Below, one piece after another: positions 1 to 9,006 of a stretch of 64,000 nucleotides of DNA. The notes beneath the pieces are model-generated. The model was not told the DNA's origin and ran no database searches. It saw nothing but the letters and a program-made list of their open reading frames with translations. Position numbers and translations under genes: made by a program. Source of the stretch: Chlorokybus atmophyticus. Lineage: Eukaryota; Plantae; Mesostigma and Chlorokybus algae. The stretch covers positions 1 to 64,000 of the forward strand of contig RHPI01003124.1 of NCBI GenBank assembly GCA_009103225.1. Reading direction: 5' to 3'. The number at the start of each line of letters is the position of its first letter. The stretch's first letter is position 1.

Positions 1-92
1 TATGCCTGCTATACTGTGCTGCTAATTTTGGAATGAATGGCTGGGCCGTTATCGGCATGACTGCTGGTCCACCGAGGTCGACACATCAGGAG

Positions 93-358
93 CTGTGCCG
101 TCAACGGCACGACTGCTGCTGCTGCTGTGCCGACGTCGGCAGAAGTGCTACTGTGCCGAAGTCGGCAGAAGCGCTGCTGTGCCGAAGTCGGCAGAAGTGC
201 TATTGTGCCGAAAACGGCAGGATCGTTGCTGTGCCGAAGACGGCAGAAGCGCTGCTGTGCCAAAGACGGTGGGGTCGCAGCTGTGCCGAAGACGGCAGAA
301 GCGTTGCTGTGCCGAAGACGTTAGAAGTACTGCTGTGCCGAGGTCGGCCCAACGCAGT
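93..358. repeat. 26-bp tandem repeat array with internal palindrome (TGCCG-N4-CGGCA), probable DNA-transposon subterminal repeats
   Basis: (C/T)TGTGCCG cores at 125,151,177,203,229,255,281,307,333 (exact 26-nt period) plus one at 93; consensus about CTGTGCCGAAGACGGCAGAAGCGCTG; degenerate GGCACAA..TTGTGCC palindromes continue to ~520. Confidence 0.9.
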
Positions 359-399
359 TTGCCCCGTCAGCGGCAGTAACCAGCTTGTGCCGGCTGACA

Positions 400-1600
400 G
401 ATGGTGACTTACGATCCTCTGCCGGCACAAAGCGACTTGTGCCGTCTTGGGAGAAGAACTGCTCGCAGAACTCGAAGGCAGGTGCCGCTGACGGCACAAC
501 TGGCTTGTGCCGAGAACGGATTCTGCTGCAGGCGCCGTGTGCTGGCAGCTGCGGAAGACATCCCGCTGCTCCAAGTATATGAACCATTTGCCGTCGTATG
601 GAATCAGGTACTTCTCTGCAAGGATGCACACATGTCATCAGTCATGCTTATAAGCACAGGTGTATACACAAACACATCGCGTATACACGCGCACGCACCG
701 TTCGCTATGTCCTGGCGGGCAAACAGTTACAGTCCAACACAAGTAATTATGGAGACCTTGATCTCCCAGTTGTGCAGGTGATACTTGAACTCCTCTTTGA
801 CCGGGATGCTTGTGGATGCTTTCACACCCTTCAAATAGTTCAGCCGCCACAGCTGGTGCTTGTCTCCAGCTCCACGATGGGTGAGTTTAAGATTGGGAAT
901 TTCATTGTCAGTTTGTTTGAAGCAGTGGTCAGTTGCAATGCTTTGAGAGCCACACAGATAATGACAGTCTTGCTTGAATCCTCTAAGCAGNGTCAAGACA
1001 TATGCTTACCCTCAAGATGTCGTCCGACAGGTTGGGTGGCTGTGTGGTGCCCGTGGAACTGTAGCGTTTCACTTCAAACCTCTGCATCTCTTGAAGAGCT
1101 GCACGGATTTCTTCTTTAGGATCCACCGCAGGTCCTTTGCCGCGTTGCTGTGCGGTGGATTTACGCAATGATGGACTTGTTGAGACATCTGCGGTCTCTT
1201 TCGAGTCTGCCTCCTCGCTTCTTTCCAGCTCCTGTTGCTGCTGCTGCGCTTGCTGCTGCGCCTGCTCCGCTCGCTCCTCTTCCACCTCCAACTGCGTATT
1301 GCGAGGCCAAAAGATATACTGCCGTGACAGCCGTCCCGCTTCGTCCCACAGTTCTTGCGTCTGTCACCTTGGGTAAGTAAGCATACCGCGATGATTGGTG
1401 TACAAATGCATCAACTCACCCATCCTGGGATGGCCATGACTTCTGCCATTTTGTAGTACTTTAGCACCGCGACATGTGGGTGAGGGTGGGCCGGGAAGGT
1501 TGATCCTTCTGCAATACGCTGCTAGTGAGTTTCTCGTGCAATGGAAAGTGTCACGCAAATGTAAGTTGATAACTAGGCTGATAGAACAAAACAACATCAT
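400..1600 (-). pseudogene. Spliced ORF fragments, possibly the accessory (TnpA-like) gene of a CACTA/EnSpm-like transposon
   Basis: Minus-strand pieces QELWDEAGRLSRQYIFWPRNTQLEV..., ...KEEFKYHLHNWEIK|DIANGACACIRDVFVYT|EKYLIPYDGKWFIYLEQ... bounded by plausible GT/AG sites; the 'EA.G...I.WP' pattern loosely recalls CACTA accessory proteins; ends in the palindromic repeat array. An assembly n at 991 interrupts it. Confidence 0.3.
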
Positions 1601-2710
1601 GCATAGCAAGTGACATGCACAGGTTCCCAGCAGCGACTGTCAATGCGATGCGCTATGCGCCACGGCACAGAGCACTGACAGCCCATGCATGTCATAAACA
1701 ATTTAATTATTGAGCGTTCTAACCTTGATGGCTTGCTGGAGTTGAAGCCCCATAGCCTTGCACACATTCTGGTCCTCCCTACCGCCCCGGTTGTTAATCA
1801 TGCGCACGCATCGGCACACCTGCGTGTTGAAGTGCTGTCCGATTTTGGTGGGCTTGGTCTCTCCCTCAATTGGTTGACCCCTTGCATCGCGGTGATCAGC
1901 TTGCACATGCAGAACGGGCAGCCCCAGATAAACGGCGCCCCTGTGGACGCCCGCCTTCGTTCCATGATGTCCAACTGACTAGCAATCCTTCTTCAAGCGA
2001 CTGTCTTGTACAACTCCTCACAGCTCCGCACACCTCTCCTCGCTTCACCCTGCGCCCTAAGCTACACCCACAACCACAACCACCACCACCACCACCACCA
2101 CAACCACAACAACAGCAAACCATACTAGCTAGACCATGCAATGGCTATACACGCCGCCAACCTCCCGTTAAATCGATAATGTCCCATCAATGACAGCCGC
2201 CAAGTTGGTGAGTCCCTAGCCTCAACATTGCCAACCCTTGACAGCCGCCTTGTCGATTCTACGCAATTTGTTGCTAGCAGTGCGTTTGGCGTCGATTCGA
2301 TGTCCAACACATGACAACCGCCAGATATGAGGTGAGTCTAGGGATTGACAGCCGCGTCGCTAGCTTTGTGAGTTCCATTGACTGTGTCGCACTGCATTTG
2401 GCACTGCACAAGTGCGGCTTGTGCGGCAGTTGCAAGGCTTGTGCAGCTTGTGCGACTGTCCATATGGAATATACTAGGACTTGACAGTCCTAGTGAGTGA
2501 GTAGTGAGTTCGCTTGCGAGTTTGCATGCGCCCTGGTTGTGTGTTGCTTGAAAACTTGCACTAGTCGTTTGTGGTTTGCTGCTTGAGCTGTCAGCGCTTA
2601 CCTGAATGGTGTTTGTTTTGCTTTGAAGCTTGCATGTCTTGTTGATTGCGCGCTGAGTCACTGTCTGTGCACTAAGTTTGGTTGCATGTTCAGGCTGTTC
2701 AGCTGACACC

Positions 2711-4900
2711 ATGGCTGTTGGGGAGGGCAGCAGCCAATTGCCTGCTGCAGCTGATTGCTTCAGGGCCAAGGGCAACAATTTGCTGGGCCAGGTGACAGAC
2801 CAGCAGTTCTTGATAAAGGAGGAGTACAAGCATATGCGCACAATGCTGATGGTCAACCTGGAGAAGCTAAAGAAAGGAGATGTTAAGCAAGTGGCCACTA
2901 CCTCAAGGTATGAAGGGCAAGGACTTCAAGGTGAATGCGAGCACTGGCAAAAGCTCGATGAAGTATGTGAGGTGGTCTTGCAGCAGTCACTTTCGCTGGT
3001 CCTTGACGCAAACCAAACGCTCAGGTGAGCTCCTTTCTTGGAGACATCTGCTATTTGACATGAAATTGAATTCGGCTGTGTTGTAGTGAGCTTTCAAGCA
3101 TGTCGTTTAGCTTTCAGTTCACTCACTGTCTGCTTAGCTGTCTTGCCGTTGACAGTCCTTGCCCTGGTTGCTGTAGCTGTGTTCGTTCTTAATGATTCAG
3201 TGACCATTTGTAATATGCTGTATTTGAGGCTGTCTTCTGCTAGATGCCATCTTCCAACAGCTGAAAATGCTGTATTAGAGATGTCTTGCCATTGACAATC
3301 CTTGCCGTTGGTACTTTGCTGTACTCCTATCTGTGTTGCAGCACAAATCAAGCAGCATGTACTGGTGCTGCAGTACTCCTTTGGCGCAAAGCGCGGCAGT
3401 GGTACCGGGAAGAGCGTCCAAGAACGCAATGAGGCCAATAAACAAAGGCATGCCAGCGACAGGGAAGCTGCACAAGGCAGCCGCGCTGCTTAAGCTGAAG
3501 CTGGCTGGGGCATAACATTTTGTTTGGGGAGGGACATGAGGGCCAACCAGCAGGTGGTCATGCTTGCGCCTTTAACCGCTCTTCCTCTCACAAAAGCTTA
3601 ATACCGGGTCACTTGGCTCCAAGCGAGGTAAGCAACCATGGTGCTGTCGATCGACTGTCGGTCCTGCTGTATTGTTTTGCTGAGCTGCTGCCTCCATGCA
3701 TACTGGCTTCACACATGATGCCTGCTACTCTGAATGCTATTGTGCAAGTCACGACAGGGGTGCGGACGGATATGCTAAAGATCAGGTGTTCGACATTTGC
3801 AACAATGCAATAGTTGTTGGCGTCACCATCAATTCCGTATGCGAGCCAAACCAACCATTGAATGGCAATGAGAAGCGAGGATGGCAATCTTGCCGTTCAA
3901 CTACCTTTGAAGGAAAGGCATTTTCTCTATAGCACGCCGACAAGCAGCTGCCATGGTGGGCGTACTCTGGAGGTACATTGCTTGCTGTGGATATGCACAT
4001 GCTCCTGCTATGACTGTATGGTGTAGTGCATGAGCATTTCTTGTGTTAAACACAACAACATGCAGGGCTGGGAGATGGAGTGGCCCATGATGTTCTTGGC
4101 CAGCAGAGGCATCTGCCCCTGTAAGGCATGCGCTAACGATGAGCGCATTGCGGTGCCGGGTTGCATTAAGGACCTGCAGCCTACGCCCGCAGTCAGGCAC
4201 AGCACAGACACAGAGGTCAGTAGAGGCTGTTGTTAGGTTCCTGTCACATGATCAACGATCGCCAATGCAGTCCATTGATCACGTCTTGACAGTCGCCAAT
4301 GCATTGCATACCTGATTGCCAACAGCTGTGACAGTTGCCAGTGCATTCGATTGAATTGACATGACAGTCGTCAATGGACTGACCATTTTGTGTTCAATGC
4401 AGGCTGCTGGGGCGATCTTTGACTGGGAAGATAAAGAAGTCGCCGCCATGGACTTGCGGACACAAAGCCCAATGCCCCCACCAGAGAGGAGGCAATGGAC
4501 ATGTATGAGTACTACCACCACAACGACGATTCAAGGACCCCGATCGAATGGAGCGAGTGCCGAACGAGCTGATCTTGCGAGTCATTGTCAGCTTTGCTGC
4601 GAGGAAAAAGTGGTTAGTGGCGAACAAAGATGTTGAAGGAGGGTGCGAGTGGGGATCCAATCGCAAACTTCCAGGTATGCATACCTCACTGCAGCAGGTT
4701 ATTGACAGTCTTTTGCTAGTTTAAACGAGTGATCACCTGGCAATGCAGGGCTTTCGAGCGAGACAAAGAAGAGAAAGCCATTCCGACCCAAGAGGCAGTG
4801 GATGCGACAGCCCTCGTCATCCTCCTAGGTGGGTGGTTTACTATGCTATGGTCAAGTTATGTTTCAATGCAGTCTGTGTTGTGTAAGCACGTAATAGTAC
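2711..4900 (+). pseudogene. Degenerate multi-exon ORF of unknown function inside the TGACAG-motif/TIR-element block
   Basis: ATG at 2711 (MAVGEGSSQL...) ending at donor AG|GTGAG ~3024; further short ORF pieces at ~3333-3630, 3696-3932 and 4361-4636 with frame inconsistencies; no recognisable catalytic motif. Confidence 0.25.
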
Positions 4901-5140
4901 AATTGTTGTGCGGAGTTCAACAAGCGCTCGCTGAGTGTTTGCAAGAGGGGCTGTCGAGCAAGGCTGTCGCGGATGGCTTCAGCAGCGTGCAGTGCGTGTA
5001 GGAGACTGTAGGTACACTGGCCTGACATTGATGGGCTGTCGTTTGACAGTCCATTATAGCATTTTTGTGAATTGCATGCGTGGCGGATTGTATGCACCGG
5101 GCATGGTGCAGGCACCGGTGCTCAGACCATGTATGCACAA

Positions 5141-5410
5141 CAATGTTCGTATCCATAGACCATGCATGGTGCGACTGTCAATCAAACCATGTATGGTGCG
5201 TTGTCTGTTAGGACCATACATGATGCCACTTGTGGACCGTGTATGCACATCAATGTCCGTATCCATGGACCATGCATAGTGCGACTGTCAATCAGACCAT
5301 GTATGGTGCGCTGTCTGTTGGGATCATACATGGTGCCACTTGTGGACCGTATATAGCACAACAATGTCCGTATCCATGGACCATGCATGGTGCGACTGTC
5401 GATCAGACTG
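5141..5410. repeat. ~110-bp tandem repeat (about 2.5 copies) built from ACCAT(G/A/T)CATGGT-type palindromes
   Basis: Units start at 5141, 5251 and 5362 (CAATGTYCGTATCCATRGACCATGCAT...GCGACTGTC...). Confidence 0.9.
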
Positions 5411-5689
5411 GCACCATACATGATCCACTGTGCCAGGAGGGCAGCGCACCATGCATGGTCTGTACAATGTCAGTTTAGAAAAAGACTTCCGGTTCGTATC
5501 CATGGATCGTGCATGGTGCAAATGTTAATCACCAGAAATGTGGAAGTAAAAAAATCACGATCTTCTGCGCCAGGGGGCATTGCACCATACATGGTCCTTG
5601 CAACCTCATACAGACAGGTCACCATACATGGTGCGACCCATGGAAAACTTGGTACCGTTCACGTGAGGTTCCGACCATGCATGGTCGGA

Positions 5690-5786
5690 CTGTCAATGAC
5701 AGTCCGATCACACATGGTCTACGAAATTCACTTAGCAGGAGAAAATCCCGGTCCGAGGGTACGGACCATTCATGGTCCTTTGACGT
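5690..5786 (+). mobile_element. Right end of an unclassified TIR element (second copy of the family at 51535-56534)
   Basis: GCAGGAGAAAATCCCGGTCCGAGGGTACGGACCATTCATGGTCCTTTGACGT closely matches GCAGGGGAAATCCCGGTCCAAAGGTACGGACCATTCATGGTTCTTGAACGT ending at 56534; no matching left end found in the window. Confidence 0.7.
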
Positions 5787-6059
5787 CAATCGGTGTGCCA
5801 TTTGGCAAAGTATTCTCTGAACCAACGGGGGCCAGGCAGCAACGGTTTGCTAAAGCTCTGCAGCCTTTCTTGGTCTCCTTAAAGCATGTGCAACACCTGC
5901 AATTGAAATAAGTGAATGACACTGCAAATCACATATTGTTAGCACACACATCATGCGTATTAATATTGATTTGAATGTTTTGCCAGTGCCATCACAGTTG
6001 GGGAGTCGTCGACATCACACATGGAGTGCACCTACTCACACAGCTCGCTTTGCCCTGCC

Positions 6060-6240
6060 TTAGTAACGATGGCTCCTTGTCAAGGCTGCGAGGACGCTCC
6101 CGCTTATGAGGGTCGTGAAGGTAGTTTCAGAGGGTGCTGCGAGGGACACCAATGGCCTTGGCAGCCTTGCGCAGCGACACCACCCCTGCCTGTATATGCA
6201 TATCTGCCTGTGCAATGCTGCCCAGCCCTTTATCATCGTC
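6060..6240 (-). pseudogene. Pipsqueak-type HTH transposase N-terminal remnant
   Basis: VSLRKAAKAIGVPRSTL*NYL resembles the psq/CENP-B-like HTH of pogo/Fot-type transposases (S.RKAAK.YGVP.STL); in-frame stop directly after. Confidence 0.4.
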
Positions 6241-7040
6241 TGCCCATAAGATATATGTGTTCGACGTAGGGGGGGGGGGGGGGGATNTCTTTTTGAGGGC
6301 AATTGGTGTGTACAGATGACTGCGCTGCTGCGGGGTTCGGTCGCTAGATGCCTGCACACATATGCCTGAGGATGGAAAACAACCCTCTTGGGGCACAAGT
6401 GCAAGCATAGCAGTTAGGTAGCAGCTAGTTGTATAGAAAATAAACACACCTTGCAATGCATTTCACCTTTGAGTTGGTCGTTTGATCGCTGCTGCCTTAG
6501 CTCTCCCGTGTATGCACCCTCACACCCTCACCATGCATGCGCAACCCCAACCCCACGCCCACCACTGCATAAAGCTAACACACTCCTCAACCTCTTAACT
6601 TAATGCCATTCACTCGTCTATATTACACACACACGCCACAATGCAACTCCCATGCCAATCACTCACACATGCACAAAGTCACAGTTTATATTCGGATTGC
6701 GTATGCGTTAAGTTGAGTTCTGGTCTAGACCTCATAACTACATCAAAATCAATGTGGAATGTAACTAGGTTTGTTGCATTGGACTTTTCATTTTGAGCCC
6801 CATGTCCTCAACAAAATTCAGCGCTTTGGCCAACCGTGTCACTATTCCGGAGCACTCAAAGTCAAGCCAACCATGTTTGCACGTTTATCATAGATACAAA
6901 CTATCTGAGTTTGGCGCCCTTAACTCTCAACCAACGGGGCTGATTCTTGGCGGTAGGCTCGAAAGGGCCCTCACCAAATTTCATTCCATTCGGACGCCAA
7001 ACTTGGAAGTTAGTACGCCAGCAGTAGGAAGTGTCCGGAT

Positions 7041-7226
7041 ATGGTCATTACTCGTTGAGGCTGACTATTGGTCAGCTAGATTGAAATAACAAACTGTTAA
7101 CCATTTAATTAGTACTAGTTGTTAGCGCCAGGGTTAATTGACACACACACGTGTCAACTTACTGTTCAGTCGCGGCCGTCACCTCAGCGGCGTCGCTGGC
7201 GGCGGCGCTGACGGCCGAAAGTTCGC
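7041..7226 (+). repeat. Split direct repeat A1 (copy A2 at 12772-12957)
   Basis: Direct comparison: identical except C/T at 7129. Confidence 0.97.
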
Positions 7227-7249
7227 TGAGAGTTTGGGGAGAGGGGACG

Positions 7250-8761
7250 ATGCCGCCAAAGAGGCGGGCCGCGGCTGCTGGCGGGCAGGGCGGCCGGAAG
7301 AAAAAGGCCGCTCAAGCTACGCAGCCTGAGCAGGCCGCTGGAGGTGAAGAAGCGGCCGATGAGGGGCCGACCAGCGAGGCCAGCCCAAGGCGTGCGCGCA
7401 AGGCTACGCAGGCTACGCAGGCTACGCAGCCTGCTGCGCCGCTAGCTACACGGCCGCCGCCAGCGTCACGCGCGGACAAAAGGCACGACGCTGTGACGCT
7501 GGCTCAGGGCGTGACCCTGGAAGGCGCTGCACAGCCTTCAGCGCTCGCTGTGGAGCTGCCCAAGGTGCCACGGCTTCGGCGCAGCAGAGGGGAGACCTCC
7601 TCCTCTTCAGATGAGGAGGAGGAGGTGAACAAAAAGAAAAGAGACAAGAAGAAGAACAAGAAGAGAAAGAAGAAGAAGGCGAAGACAATCACGTCATCCT
7701 CGTCTTCAACTTCCTCATTGTCATCCAGTTCTGATGAGGACAGCTCCGACTCTGGGGACAAACATACCAAGTACATCAAGCACACAGGCTTCATCAAGCG
7801 CATGTCCAGACAATCGGAGACGTATGCCTTGTGGGAAGAGTATCGCACGCGCAACCTCTCCACAGGCGTGAAGGGCTGCTTCGAGGCAATCGGTCGCGCC
7901 CTCTTCACAGGTCCGCCAGTTGCGCAGTTGGTGTCTTTTCTGTATCAGATGCTGCTCACGCACGTGCACGGTAGTGTCGACTTTGCCACAGCCTTTGCAA
8001 CCGGGGCACGGGATATCATTAACGATGCCCGCATCGATCGCAAGCACAAGGAAGCCAAGGTCATCCGCCGCCTGACAAAGCTCGCCAACAGCTTCCAGGG
8101 CAAGGCAGCAATGCAGAAAGCCAAGACCTCCATTCCTCAGTAAGTCTACTGTTCATCTGAGAAGTTGGCTGATGAGAATGCACAATGTGTGCATGTAATC
8201 TGCGTAGCAGCTGTCCAACTATAATGGTGCAATGCGCGCCTGTTCATGGACATGCACAATGAGTGCTTGCAGTCTGCTCGGCAGCTGCTCAACTATAATG
8301 GTGCAATGCGCGCCTGTTCACGAACATGCACAATGTGTGCATGCAGTCTGCTCAGCAGCTGCTCAGTTGTTATGGTGCAATGCGCGCCTGTTCAATAACT
8401 TGCACAATGTGCGCATACAGCATGCACGCCGGTTGAAGTCAGATATACATGGTGCTATTCGCGCCTATACATCAATATGCACATTGAGTGCATAACATAC
8501 ACACATCACTTGCAGTATCATGTCAATTGTGCAGTGCACACCGCGTTGACGCAATTGTGCGCATGCAGGCGCTCTGTCATAGAGGAGGGGAACACCCAGT
8601 TCCGGCCACAGCGTGGTCGAGGTCGCGGTTACGGCCGTGGCGGTCGCGGAGGTTATGGTCGCGGAGGAGGCTACTATGCTCAGCAGGCAGCACCCGCTCC
8701 ACAGGATGTTGCCTACTATGTGCCTGTGCAAGAGCAGCCACGCCTAGCCTTGCAGCAGTGA
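7250..8761 (+). CDS. Gag-like ORF1 of the YR retrotransposon, two exons (7250-8139, 8569-8761), Lys/Ser-rich N-terminus and RGG-rich C-terminus
   Basis: ATG at 7250 (MPPKRR...); donor CA|GTAAGT at 8140 and acceptor TGCAG| at 8568 join in phase 2 to give ...IPQRSVIEEGNTQFRPQRGRGRGYGRGGRGG...; TGA at 8759-8761. Confidence 0.7.
8178..8415. repeat. 74-bp tandem repeat (about 3.3 copies) inside the predicted gag intron
   Basis: (A/T)TGCACAATG unit starts at 8178, 8252, 8326 and 8400. Confidence 0.9.
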
Positions 8762-9006
8762 GTGGTGCCACTAGTCACGCGCGAGTAGCGCATAAGCAAT
8801 GCTATCTGAAGGTGGCCATGTGTATCATAGCAATGCGCAAGTGCGCATGTATGCATGTACGTGCGCCTATGCGCGTGTCTGTGTGTCTCGATGATGATGT
8901 ATCATAGTGTACATGACTCGGAGTGCAGCTCTCGACTGTCGTTACAATACCTACAGGAATTACATGTCCAGTACATTGCAACTAGCTTCATGTTAAAGGT
9001 GCACCC

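Noticed and set aside
93-358. CRISPR-like array interpretation of the 26-bp palindromic repeats (also considered for the 74-bp and 110-bp repeats)
   Set aside because: Units are contiguous with no unique spacers, there are no cas genes, and the context is eukaryotic.
727-996. ATDHCFK as a DHTFK-type transposase catalytic motif
   Set aside because: One short motif next to an assembly n, with an alternative open frame and no supporting downstream catalytic residues.
7150-7226. Hammerhead ribozyme in repeat A (stem followed by GGCCGAAA)
   Set aside because: The required CUGANGA core is absent upstream of the stem.
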